A stretch of 23,869 nt of DNA from Candidatus Altiarchaeota archaeon (GTDB lineage: Archaea > Altiarchaeota > Altiarchaeia > IMC4 > SCGC-AAA252-I15), in NCBI GenBank assembly GCA_043813075.1, contig JBDRLL010000039.1:1-23869 (forward strand), given 5' to 3'. How positions within the stretch are numbered: position 1 is the first letter of the stretch; the number at the start of each line of letters is the position of its first letter. Of this stretch, positions 8,584 to 17,869 are shown in pieces. The position numbers and the translations under genes were made by a program. The notes beneath the pieces are model-generated. The model did not search any database and was not told the origin of the DNA. It saw only the letters and a program-made list of their open reading frames with translations.

Positions 8584-9453
8584 ATGGTGGACGAGGATGT
8601 TCTGCGTGGTATTCTGACCGCCCAACGCAATGAACTCACAGAGTACATCATATATGACAGGTTATCCCGTGTCGTGAGGGACGGGCACAATAGTGGTGTT
8701 CTCAAGCGTATTTCAGGTGATGAGAGGAGGCACCACGACTTCTGGAGGAAGCATACGGGCAGGGATGTTAAGCCTGACATGCTGAAGGTCTGGTGGTATT
8801 ACATGATATCACGGGTTTTCGGCATAACCTTCGGCATAAAGCTTATGGAGAAGGGTGAAGAGCGGGCGCAGGTGGCCTACAACAGGATTGCGGAGTCGAT
8901 ACCTGAGGCGAGGAAGATTTTGGAGGATGAGGACTCGCACGAGAAGGAGCTGATAGGCATGATAGATGAAGAGCGCCTTAAGTACGTCGGCAGCATGGTC
9001 TTAGGGTTGAGTGACGCGCTCGTGGAGTTGACGGGGGCTCTCGCAGGATTCACGCTAGCACTCCAGAATACCAGGCTTATCGCGGTGACGGGCCTCATAG
9101 TTGGTGTGGCAGCATCCCTTTCGATGGCGGCCTCGGAGTATCTCTCGACTAAATCGGAGGGGGGCGGTAAGAATCCGGTTAAGGCGTCAGTGTACACCGG
9201 CTCGGCCTACGTGCTTACCGTGATGCTGCTTGTGGCGCCATACCTGATTTTCAATGACATATACGTGAGTCTTTGTGTAACGCTGTTTAACGTCGTCATG
9301 ATAATCACGATATTCACGTTCTACATCTCCGTTGCCAAGGACCTCTCTTTCAGGGCGAGGTTCGTTGAGATGGTGGTGATAAGTCTTGGCGTAGCAGCGT
9401 TCTCATTTGCGTTGGGGTATGTCGTGCGGATTACGCTGGGAGTGGACATATAG
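8584..9453 (+). CDS. VIT1/CCC1 family metal transporter with N-terminal ferritin-like domain
   Basis: N-terminal ExxH pairs (DERRH, DEDSH), then VLGLSDALVE and SLSMAASEYLS VIT1 motifs and TM helices. Confidence 0.9.
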   Translation: MVDEDVLRGILTAQRNELTEYIIYDRLSRVVRDGHNSGVLKRISGDERRHHDFWRKHTGRDVKPDMLKVWWYYMISRVFGITFGIKLMEKGEERAQVAYNRIAESIPEARKILEDEDSHEKELIGMIDEERLKYVGSMVLGLSDALVELTGALAGFTLALQNTRLIAVTGLIVGVAASLSMAASEYLSTKSEGGGKNPVKASVYTGSAYVLTVMLLVAPYLIFNDIYVSLCVTLFNVVMIITIFTFYISVAKDLSFRARFVEMVVISLGVAAFSFALGYVVRITLGVDI

Positions 9454-9462
9454 GATGCCGCA

Positions 9463-11160
9463 TTATAGTAGCAGGGTCTTCAGTAGGAATCCGACGACCA
9501 CCGCCACGACAACCATTATTCCGGTCGACTTGAGCGCGTCCTTCCATCCGAGCTCCCTCCAGAGCATCATGTATGTTGCGATGCATGGGAAGTAGACTGC
9601 GAGTATTGTTGAGGCCACAGTCAACTGCATCGCCGTCATTCCGAGTGGAGCGAGCATTCCCACAGCAACGTCCTTGCGTATGAAGCCTACGATAAGCGCC
9701 ACAACAGCCTCTGGCGGTAGGCCGAAAAGCTGTGCCATCAGCGGGCCGGATAGTTCTGCGAGCAGTGATACTATGCCGAAGACGTACATGAGGTTCACGA
9801 GAGTAACGCCGAGGATTACGAATGGCACTGCGTCCATGAGGAAGTATCTGACGCGCATCCACGTCTTCTTGAGTGTTGCCTTCATGGAGGGGATGCGGTA
9901 GGGTGGTATCTCCATGAGTATTTCCGGCGTCTCTCCGGGCAGTACGTTCTTCAGTATCAGGCCGAGGACCACGTAGAGTGATATTAGCGTCAGATATACT
10001 ATTGCAACGTATTTTACCCCGTGCTTGAGGAGTAGTCCGATTATTATCGCGTTCTGTGCCAGGCAGGGTATGCATATGGCTATCAGGGTCGCGGCTATGA
10101 ACCTCTGCTTCCGCGACTCAAGCATCCTGGTTGAGAGCATGGCGGGAACATTACATCCCATGCCGAGTATGGAGGGTACTATCGCAGAGCCGTGTAATCC
10201 TATCCTGTGCATTACTGTGTCGACTAGTGTGGCCAGCCGGGGGAGGTATCCGGAGTCCTCCAAGAGTGCTAGCGTGAAGTAGAATAGTATGACGAATGGG
10301 AGCACCATGTCTAGGGGGACGTATAGTCCTGTCGTAAGGACTCCGAGTGATTCCACGAAGTCGTCGCTTGAGCCGAGCAGTATTTCATGCAGTATCCCGG
10401 TTGGGGCGAATGACTCTACAACCACTCTGATGAATGGACCGTATATATTGTAGAAGAATGGGTCCATCAGGTGTTCTATCGTCCAGTTCCCGACGTTTAT
10501 TATTAGGGTGAACGTGAGGGACAGTACGATTGCCGCTATGGGGAGTCCTGTTAGGGGGCGTATGGACGCGTCCTCGATCTTTTCGAGTAGTGTGTGGTGG
10601 CGGTGTTCGAGCACCTGGACGTCCTCGACTATCTCTCCTATGAGCCTCCACCTCTCGTCGTCGGTTCTTTCGACAGCCTCCCGGTCTTTGGCTTCAGGCA
10701 TTCTCTCAACCAGTTTTCTTATCCCCTCGCCGGTCACCGCCACGGTAGGGACTACTGGGACGCCAAGGTGTTTCTCGAGCTTTTCGACATTTATGTCTAT
10801 GCCCCTGTGTTTTGTGTCATCCCAGAAGTTCAACGCGACTATTGTCGGCCTACCCTTCTCAAGTATCTCAAGCGCCAGGTAGAGGTTTCTCTCCAGGTTT
10901 GTCGCATCAACCACGTCCACGACGATGTCGCCTTTGCTGAGGAATTCGACCGCTATCTCTTCGACCTTTGTGTTTGCCTTGAGCGAGTAGGTTCCTGGCA
11001 CGTCGATGACGTCAGCATCCCCGTCCATGTAGGGCATCCTTCCCTGGCAGTAGGAAACGGTTGTTCCAGGATAGTTGGAGCATATGGTGTTGACGTTGGT
11101 TAGGCGTGAGAACAAGGCGCTTTTTCCGACGTTCGGGTCTCCCATTAGAAGGATTTTCAT
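9463..11160 (-). CDS. feoB: Ferrous iron transporter FeoB (compact form)
   Basis: G1 GDPNVGKS, NYPGTTV, G3 DVPGTYSL, G4 NFWD, LEDSGYLPR, GCNVPA, YFPCIAT. Confidence 0.95.
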   Translation of the reverse strand: MKILLMGDPNVGKSALFSRLTNVNTICSNYPGTTVSYCQGRMPYMDGDADVIDVPGTYSLKANTKVEEIAVEFLSKGDIVVDVVDATNLERNLYLALEILEKGRPTIVALNFWDDTKHRGIDINVEKLEKHLGVPVVPTVAVTGEGIRKLVERMPEAKDREAVERTDDERWRLIGEIVEDVQVLEHRHHTLLEKIEDASIRPLTGLPIAAIVLSLTFTLIINVGNWTIEHLMDPFFYNIYGPFIRVVVESFAPTGILHEILLGSSDDFVESLGVLTTGLYVPLDMVLPFVILFYFTLALLEDSGYLPRLATLVDTVMHRIGLHGSAIVPSILGMGCNVPAMLSTRMLESRKQRFIAATLIAICIPCLAQNAIIIGLLLKHGVKYVAIVYLTLISLYVVLGLILKNVLPGETPEILMEIPPYRIPSMKATLKKTWMRVRYFLMDAVPFVILGVTLVNLMYVFGIVSLLAELSGPLMAQLFGLPPEAVVALIVGFIRKDVAVGMLAPLGMTAMQLTVASTILAVYFPCIATYMMLWRELGWKDALKSTGIMVVVAVVVGFLLKTLLL

Positions 11161-11162
11161 TG

Positions 11163-11390
11163 TTATTCAACCAATATCTTGTCCGCCATACCGCGGCCGA
11201 TGGTCAGGGTGGTGTTTCCTATCTTCACTACGACGGGTCCGTGGGCCGGTTCTTTGGCGATTACCGTGATCTGCTTTCCTTCCCTTAAGCCCATTGTCTT
11301 GAGTTTTGACTTGAATTGATCCCCGCCCTGGAGTTCCCTGACGGTAGCCTTTTTTCCTACACCGAGTTCACTAAGCCGCATAGCACACAT
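11163..11390 (-). CDS. feoA: FeoA family protein (start may be 11381)
   Basis: LKTMGLREG, GPVVV, IGRGMADKILVE; directly upstream of feoB. Confidence 0.92.
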   Translation of the reverse strand: MCAMRLSELGVGKKATVRELQGGDQFKSKLKTMGLREGKQITVIAKEPAHGPVVVKIGNTTLTIGRGMADKILVE

Positions 11391-11392
11391 TT

Positions 11393-11406
11393 TTAGGTAA
11401 ACCTAA
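11393..11406. promoter_or_regulatory. DtxR-family operator TTAGG-TAAA-CCTAA
   Basis: Perfect 5-4-5 palindrome abutting the feoA start in the feoA/regulator divergent spacer. Confidence 0.75.
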
Positions 11407-11479
11407 TTAATGGTATTAGGATTAGATAAGGTTATACCTAAATAATTTAGGAAATAATGTAAAAACCTAAAAAATCGTG

Positions 11480-11491
11480 TAGGCTCGCCTA
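11480..11491. promoter_or_regulatory. Second DtxR-family operator TAGG-CTCG-CCTA (possible autoregulation)
   Basis: Same half-sites and 4-nt spacing, 7 nt before the regulator ATG. Confidence 0.6.
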
Positions 11492-11498
11492 AATTAAA

Positions 11499-11939
11499 AT
11501 GTCTGGAGTAACAACAGTCATGGAGGATTACCTGGAGAAGATATACACCATCAGGGAGAGGAAGGGCTTTGTCAGGGTGAAAGACATTGCCAGGGAGCTT
11601 AACGTATCAGCACCAAGCGTGACAGAGATGCTCCATAAGCTTGGCAGGCAAAAACTGATCAGGTATGAGAGATACCAGCCGGTACTGTTGACTAGCAGGG
11701 GAGAGAGGATAGCTAAATCCACGCACATGAGGCACGAGACCCTGACGCTATTGCTCAAAATGATTCTTGTGTCAGACGGTATCGCGGAGGAAGATGCGTG
11801 CAAGATAGAGCATCAGCTAAGCCCGGAGACCATAGAGCAGCTATCAAAGTTCGTCGGCTTCATGCGAGAGTCCGTGAGGCAGACAGAATGGCCGGAATCA
11901 TTCAGGGCATACTGCGCCAGCCACAAGAAAAAGTCATAA
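11499..11939 (+). CDS. DtxR/MntR family metal-dependent transcriptional repressor
   Basis: EDYLEKIY, wHTH IARELNVSAPSVTEMLHKL, RHE, EEDACKIEH metal-binding motif; divergent from feoAB. Confidence 0.93.
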   Translation: MSGVTTVMEDYLEKIYTIRERKGFVRVKDIARELNVSAPSVTEMLHKLGRQKLIRYERYQPVLLTSRGERIAKSTHMRHETLTLLLKMILVSDGIAEEDACKIEHQLSPETIEQLSKFVGFMRESVRQTEWPESFRAYCASHKKKS

Positions 11940-13049
11940 GACAATCGACAGAAGGTTGGAATGGATGTTGAACATCAGCGATGACATTAACACAAACAAG
12001 AGAGACACAAAGCAGACGTCAACTGAATCCATCTCACGGCCGTAATAAAGGAAGAGAGGCCATATGGAGCCGATGTACCTTGGAAGCGAACCGGTTATCG
12101 CACTACCGCCAAGGGACAGGAAGAACAGCATCATGAAAATTGAATAAATGTGCAGGTCGTTGCCATACTTCCTCAAGCGTACTGCAGCCAGCAATGCGAA
12201 GTACGTGAACAACAGGCCCATCGGCGATGAGTATAATAGTGCTAGGCCGGGGAGGCCAATGTGATTACCATGACATATCCATTCTATGTCTGACAGCTGA
12301 AGGCCGGTATCCGCGGGTACGGATACTAGAATCCAGTATAGCAGGGGGAGTGAAAACACGTTAAGGCACAGCAAGCTGGAAAAGCGTTTTGAGGGCGTAA
12401 TCCCGCGGCTACCTCGTAGGTAAATGATGGTGAATAATGGGAACATTATCAGGGCCTCAAACCGGGTTAGTGAAGCCAGCATGAGGGACAGGCCGGATAC
12501 TATGATGCTCTTTTTCAGGAACATCCAGGCAAGTAGGACCAGTGTGAGGGATAGCATGCCGTTGTGCAGGTACATTCCGGAATTAAGGTTTGGAGGGTAT
12601 ATCATGAATAGGATGGCTGCCCGGAATGCAGGATTCTCGTCCAGGTAGTCCAATGCTATGCCGTAAAAGAGTATCACTGCCGTGATGGAGGATAGGTTCG
12701 AGATTATCAATCCCGCCAGTATGGGGTTTGTCGCGTATGAGACCATCTTTATCATCAGGGGGTATAGGAAAAGCCAGCTGTATATGCAGTTGGATGATTC
12801 GGGGCCTTCAGGCAGGAACCTGCTGTTGTGTGGGCTTGGCGTGAAGTCTGAGTATCCTTTCTCCGAGATGTGGACGTAGAATACTGAGTCAAAACCGTAT
12901 CCTAGACGGTCTACTAGAGTGCGCTCTCCAGCGGAACCGCCTTCTAGGGGGATGAATGGCGAGGACAATACTACGAGGATTTTCGCGGACAGGAGTATGA
13001 GTATTAGGAGGGATATGTGCCTTGAGCGGACGCCATCCATGTGATTCAC
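11934..13049 (-). CDS. Multi-pass membrane glycosyltransferase, GT-C fold (PIG-V/mannosyltransferase-like)
   Basis: FDSVFYVHISEKGY and WLFLYPL motifs, LTRFEAL, PRY near the C-terminus, many TM helices. Confidence 0.65.
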   Translation of the reverse strand: MNHMDGVRSRHISLLILILLSAKILVVLSSPFIPLEGGSAGERTLVDRLGYGFDSVFYVHISEKGYSDFTPSPHNSRFLPEGPESSNCIYSWLFLYPLMIKMVSYATNPILAGLIISNLSSITAVILFYGIALDYLDENPAFRAAILFMIYPPNLNSGMYLHNGMLSLTLVLLAWMFLKKSIIVSGLSLMLASLTRFEALIMFPLFTIIYLRGSRGITPSKRFSSLLCLNVFSLPLLYWILVSVPADTGLQLSDIEWICHGNHIGLPGLALLYSSPMGLLFTYFALLAAVRLRKYGNDLHIYSIFMMLFFLSLGGSAITGSLPRYIGSIWPLFLYYGREMDSVDVCFVSLLFVLMSSLMFNIHSNLLSIVL

Positions 13050-13061
13050 CGTGAGACCATA

Positions 13062-14147
13062 TTATACTAGGGTTTTATCGTATAAGCCGACTACTTTTTC
13101 CGCGATCCGCTCCCAGCCAAAGTTTTCAACCGCATGCTTACGGGATGATTCAGACATCCGGGATAACAGACCGGGCTTTTCCAGTAGGTTGAGTGCGGAT
13201 TCCACCATCCCTTCGACATCCCCGACTGGATGCAGGCTTGAGAAATCGCTTGTGACGTAGTCGCGTATTCCCCCAACGTCATTGGATACTATCGGTAGCC
13301 CGCATGCCATAGCCTCGAGGATCGTGTTGTTTGCGGTGCAGTCGGTGAGCGGGAGGATGAGCAGGCTTGCCTTCCGGTAGACGTCCCTCAACTCTTCGTC
13401 AGTGATGTTGGAGTGGATTGTGACGCCTTCCTTATTCATAAGGGCTGAGAACGGTGTGTGGAATTCTCGGGGGACAACAAGATCTAGGTGGGTTTTCGGC
13501 CGTTCAGCCAGTAGTTTTTCCACCACACCCACCATGGTCGGGGAGTCCCTCTGCCATACTCCAGCGTAAACGCATCTTAAGCATTCCTCATTCTTCTCTG
13601 TCGGATGGAAGAATCCTGTGTCCACGCCATGGGGTATGAAGTGGACGCGCCCGGGGAGTATGGGTTCATACTCCCTTTTCTGCCTGTTTGAGACGACTAT
13701 TAGCTCGTCGAGTGAGGATAGTATGTCCAAGGGTATCCTATGGTCTTCCCAGTATCCGATGTTCTGGTGTGACGTTCCAACAACCTTTGTCTTCAGCCTC
13801 TTCTTGACGTAGGGCAGGAGCCGGAGCTGGCGTTCGACTGAAGCGTAATGCATCAAGTCCGGCTTATTTCTAAGGCAGTGCCATAGTGCGGTCGTCTCTG
13901 CGTGGGAGCCGTATACGTTGTACGATGACCTGGGGTGCGCGGTCATTGACAGCAGATAATGAGGGTAGAACACATGCCTGGGAAGCCTATGACCCTCATC
14001 CCGCCAGAAGCTGACGTAGTCTCCAGCATAACACGCCTGTATTTCACGGAATAGGGGTTCGTATCCGCTGTGGCTGCCAATCCAGCCGGCGAACCTCTCC
14101 CTCAGCCATAAGAACCTTCTGCCGGTGTTTTCCATCCTTGATGACAT
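13062..14147 (-). CDS. Glycosyltransferase family 4 (GT-B)
   Basis: IPHGVDTGFF, NNTILEAMACGLPIVSNDVGG, FGWERIA. Confidence 0.9.
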   Translation of the reverse strand: MSSRMENTGRRFLWLRERFAGWIGSHSGYEPLFREIQACYAGDYVSFWRDEGHRLPRHVFYPHYLLSMTAHPRSSYNVYGSHAETTALWHCLRNKPDLMHYASVERQLRLLPYVKKRLKTKVVGTSHQNIGYWEDHRIPLDILSSLDELIVVSNRQKREYEPILPGRVHFIPHGVDTGFFHPTEKNEECLRCVYAGVWQRDSPTMVGVVEKLLAERPKTHLDLVVPREFHTPFSALMNKEGVTIHSNITDEELRDVYRKASLLILPLTDCTANNTILEAMACGLPIVSNDVGGIRDYVTSDFSSLHPVGDVEGMVESALNLLEKPGLLSRMSESSRKHAVENFGWERIAEKVVGLYDKTLV

Positions 14148-14157
14148 TCACGTTAAC

Positions 14158-15858
14158 CTAGTGTTTGGGGGGCTGTTTTTTTATCGCCGATTTTACGGGG
14201 GACATTGTATCCTGGCCGGTGCAGTTCCGTATCATAAGTCGGGGGAAGCTATTCTTTGCGAGGGAATCATCAGCCAGTTCGACGAGGTCGCAGAATTTGA
14301 CGGCATCCAGAGACTTGTTGATTACCTCGATTTTTTCCGGTCGCGTGAGGGGGCTATTACGGAAAAAAAGCACGTAGTCCATGTTCATCTCGGTTGTGAC
14401 CACACCCGCATCAACGCCATTCCAACTTAGGAAGGATAGGCAGTGGAGTCCGTAGTAGTCGGCGGCCTGGAGGAACATTAGTCCTGAGTGTGGAAACCAG
14501 TCGCCAGCCACCTGGAAGACTGTCTCGTCCCGCGTGTTATTGCAGATCATGTTTGTTAACTCAAGATGGGCGTCATGGACGTTTGAACCGTGATTATATG
14601 TCGTGAGGAATGAGTCCCGCGTGTTTGATTTGAACGGGATTAGCCCGAGGGTCTGGGCGTTTATCACCAGGGACTGTAGGATGAAGGCTAACACCATCAT
14701 GGAGGTTATCCTCTTGTCACCTATGGCGGCGAGAGACCATGAGACAATGACCGACGCGTAAGGAAGGATGCCGAACAGGAATCTCGTGCTGGTGGTGCCG
14801 TAGTATCCGAAGAATGATATTATTATTAACAGTTGGAGAAGAGAGGCTGAGAGATACTCCCAGCCGACACACCGCCTTCGCCTGCAAGAGTGGAATGCCG
14901 CCATGATGATGAGGACGGTTAATACGAGTGTGGGTGTCGTGGATAATATTCCCGATGACTTGGAGAGGACATAATGGATTCTTGACGTGAATGGCTCCTG
15001 GAGAACCCATACCGGAGAATATAGTGATATGCCAGCATGGGTTCTCATGCTTGAAAGGTTTTTAGAGTAGAATGATAGCGTGTAGGAGAGTAGCATGATG
15101 GATGCTAGGGTGAGTGGAATGTTCTTCCTGACAGTAACGCCGAGCTCGCGGGGTAATCCGCCTAAACCCTGGGACAAGACGTGCTTTAACACGATTATCG
15201 AGGGCACCAGCACATATAGGGGCGTGGACGTCTTCACCAGAAGCGCGAGCGATGAAAGCGACAAAAGGCATAGGAGTGTGTAGGACCGGCTCCAACCCGT
15301 ATGGAATGCGAACACGTAAAGGAAGAGCAGGATTATCAGGAGCTGCAGCGGCTCGGTGAAGAACTTGGTGGACAAGCCGATGAACATTGGCGCGGAAGCC
15401 ATGAAAACCGAGCCAGCCAGCGGAACCAACCCACCCCCGAAAAACCGCTTTAACACAGCATAGGATAACATCAGAGACAGGAGGGAATACAGTAACACGG
15501 CTGCAAGCATGCCCTTCAACGAATAACCGGACATGACCCCCAACTGGGCGAACCATTGCCCAACCCACACGTGAAGCGGCGCCCTAGCCCGTGAAAACTC
15601 GAATATGCTGGCATACCATTCAGATAATGGCATTGTCTTGAAGTAATGGTTAAGGAGGAGTGAAGTGCGCCCGTAGTACACTGCATCATCATTCCAGAAG
15701 CCGTTGTGCATGCAAACCCACGCCAGGCTGGGGGAGAATACTATGAGGATTATCAGGTAAGCGTAGGCGTCACCACCCATACAAAGGGCAGACCTCTTCC
15801 GACTTGATGAAGACCCCTCAGGCACTAAAAATAGAATGAATGCAGGAATAATAAGCAT
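14158..15858 (-). CDS. Multi-pass membrane glycosyltransferase, ArnT/PMT-like (start may be ATG 15780)
   Basis: WNDDAVY acidic motif after TM1, FFTEP, LLVK, TRFL; many hydrophobic helices and a soluble C-terminal tail. Confidence 0.62.
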   Translation of the reverse strand: MLIIPAFILFLVPEGSSSSRKRSALCMGGDAYAYLIILIVFSPSLAWVCMHNGFWNDDAVYYGRTSLLLNHYFKTMPLSEWYASIFEFSRARAPLHVWVGQWFAQLGVMSGYSLKGMLAAVLLYSLLSLMLSYAVLKRFFGGGLVPLAGSVFMASAPMFIGLSTKFFTEPLQLLIILLFLYVFAFHTGWSRSYTLLCLLSLSSLALLVKTSTPLYVLVPSIIVLKHVLSQGLGGLPRELGVTVRKNIPLTLASIMLLSYTLSFYSKNLSSMRTHAGISLYSPVWVLQEPFTSRIHYVLSKSSGILSTTPTLVLTVLIIMAAFHSCRRRRCVGWEYLSASLLQLLIIISFFGYYGTTSTRFLFGILPYASVIVSWSLAAIGDKRITSMMVLAFILQSLVINAQTLGLIPFKSNTRDSFLTTYNHGSNVHDAHLELTNMICNNTRDETVFQVAGDWFPHSGLMFLQAADYYGLHCLSFLSWNGVDAGVVTTEMNMDYVLFFRNSPLTRPEKIEVINKSLDAVKFCDLVELADDSLAKNSFPRLMIRNCTGQDTMSPVKSAIKKQPPKH

Positions 15859-15882
15859 ACCTGCACTAATTTATGATGAAGG

Positions 15883-16365
15883 ATGGGCATAATAAGATCA
15901 GACCTGGCTCCAGGCGGATACCACGTCATAACAGACACACCAACTATACGGGAGAGGCCGGAGCTGCTGGAAGACAGGCTGGGGCGTAATGGCCCTAAAG
16001 TCCTTGTAGTCGACGACGAGGAGCCCATTAGAAACGCCTACAGGGAGCATCTGGAGAGGGCTGGCTACCGTGTCGTCGAGGCCTCTGATGGTAGGGAAGG
16101 CCTTGAGAGATTAAAGTCTGAGAGAGACGTTTCGGTTGTGTTGGCAGACCATGAGATGCCTGGAATGAAGGGGCTGGAGATGGCGGCAGGAATCAAGGGG
16201 CTAAACCCGAAGACTGGGGTCATACTGATAAGCGGTTCAGAGGATTTGAGGGAGAGATTCAAGACATCGCCTGACCCGAACGTCGACGTCTTCCTGGCGA
16301 AGCCAGTCAACTTCAAGCAGGACGTGCTGCCACACGTCGAAAGGCTGTGTAAGCTGACGAGCTAG
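15883..16365 (+). CDS. Stand-alone response regulator receiver (REC) with ~38-aa N-terminal extension
   Basis: VLVVDDE, ADHEMPGMKG (phospho-Asp), ISG, AKP; no output domain. Confidence 0.9.
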   Translation: MGIIRSDLAPGGYHVITDTPTIRERPELLEDRLGRNGPKVLVVDDEEPIRNAYREHLERAGYRVVEASDGREGLERLKSERDVSVVLADHEMPGMKGLEMAAGIKGLNPKTGVILISGSEDLRERFKTSPDPNVDVFLAKPVNFKQDVLPHVERLCKLTS

Positions 16366-16505
16366 AACGCCGCCATAACCACCAGGGAGCAGTGTTTTAT
16401 TCTTTTATTTGCATGGAACCCGTATTTTTTTATGGGTGGACTGCCCTACACATTGAATATCAGATGTCTCCGTGTTGGTGTGGGAGATGCGTGTAGAGCA
16501 ATAGG

Positions 16506-17864
16506 ATGCAAGGAGATGTGGGTTTAAGTCGGGTGATCATCGTCTTTTGTCTCATACTAGTCGCGTCCATAGGATTATTCTACGTGTTTAGAGATGATGT
16601 TCTAGGAAAACCAGGTAAGACTATTGTTAAGGTCCAGATGTTTGAGGGCCCGGAGTCGGAGGCGATGATTCCGACCGTAGAGTACTGGAACGAGCATTAC
16701 TCTGACGAGACAGGTATTCTGGTGGAGACGGAGGCTATGGAGCGTGTCGGATACTTCGACAAGCTTGAGATACAGCTTATGTCAGGCATGCCGGAGCCAG
16801 ACATCATCCACCCTTTCTCCATACACTTAGGCAGGCTTAAGGACGAGTTAGAGCCGCTCGACAAGTATCTGGAGGATGATGAGGTAATGACCGCTCCAGA
16901 CGGCAAAAGACTATCCCTGGACTCTATGCTGGACATCGCGCTAAAGACCGTCGAGAGCCCTGACGGGAAGACATACATGCTCCCGAAAGACATGAGTGAA
17001 GTAATTTTGTATTATAGGAAAGATCTCATACCAAAACCCCCTGAGACATGGGAGGAGTACGTTGAAGTATCGAAGATGCATACTAGAAGCCTAAACAAAA
17101 GCTCACCCACCGAATACGGCACAGTCATGCAAGGGAAATACGAGATGTGGACGTTCTGCGCGGCACTGGAAAACCTGTGGCCCTATGGCACAAGCATCTT
17201 CAAGCCAGGAACCAGCACGCCAAATTTCGATAATGAAGACACTGTCAGAGGACTTAGAGTCTTTGAAGAGTTGTCTGAAGCCAACGCATTTCCACCCGAA
17301 TCGATTAATGCCGAGCATCCCGAGGTTGCTGCAATAGTCCAGGAGGGTGAAGTAGCTATGGCAATGCAGTGGAATGCGTTTTATCAGGACCTGGTGAACG
17401 AGAAAAAATCCCCGAAAGTATATGATAAATTTGATATTGCACCTCCGCCGGGCGTAAGACAGGCTGACGGAAGCGTCAGGAGGGACATGTACGTGCAGAC
17501 GATAGGACTTGCTATAAACAAGAATTCCAGAAACAAGAAGGCTGCCGCAAGGTTTCTCGCATGGGCGACGCTAGGGGAAGGCGCGGAGATTTATGCGAGA
17601 GGCAGGGACCCTCTGCCTGGCGGGTCATCGCCAGTCAAATCCGTGTGGAGTGACGACCACATACTAGACTTATACCCTAAGATATTGCCTTGGGTGGAGG
17701 AATACGGCCGTACCACGCCAGTTCATGAAGACATAACGGACTTGATGATGATAGGATCCAGTTGGATTCAGAGGGTCATGGCCGGCGACGTGACGGCAGA
17801 GGAGGCTTCCAGGGGGTTGAACAGGGATATCGCAGACTATATGGAGAAAGAAGTGGGAGGGTAG
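16506..17864 (+). CDS. Membrane-anchored extracellular solute-binding protein, family 1 (carbohydrate type)
   Basis: N-terminal TM anchor, [34 protein letters not shown]...AAARFL. Confidence 0.88.
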   Translation: MQGDVGLSRVIIVFCLILVASIGLFYVFRDDVLGKPGKTIVKVQMFEGPESEAMIPTVEYWNEHYSDETGILVETEAMERVGYFDKLEIQLMSGMPEPDIIHPFSIHLGRLKDELEPLDKYLEDDEVMTAPDGKRLSLDSMLDIALKTVESPDGKTYMLPKDMSEVILYYRKDLIPKPPETWEEYVEVSKMHTRSLNKSSPTEYGTVMQGKYEMWTFCAALENLWPYGTSIFKPGTSTPNFDNEDTVRGLRVFEELSEANAFPPESINAEHPEVAAIVQEGEVAMAMQWNAFYQDLVNEKKSPKVYDKFDIAPPPGVRQADGSVRRDMYVQTIGLAINKNSRNKKAAARFLAWATLGEGAEIYARGRDPLPGGSSPVKSVWSDDHILDLYPKILPWVEEYGRTTPVHEDITDLMMIGSSWIQRVMAGDVTAEEASRGLNRDIADYMEKEVGG

Positions 17865-17869
17865 TTTGG

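Noticed and set aside
9431-10075. 214-aa alternative-frame ORF within feoB, and similar shadow ORFs such as 133-603, 10594-11103 and 15062-15568
   Set aside because: They are almost fully nested in well-supported genes, have biased composition and show no motifs
17762-17869. 36-aa N-terminal extension of the histidine kinase in the ORF track
   Set aside because: It overlaps the SBP gene; ATG 17870 has an RBS and directly precedes TM1
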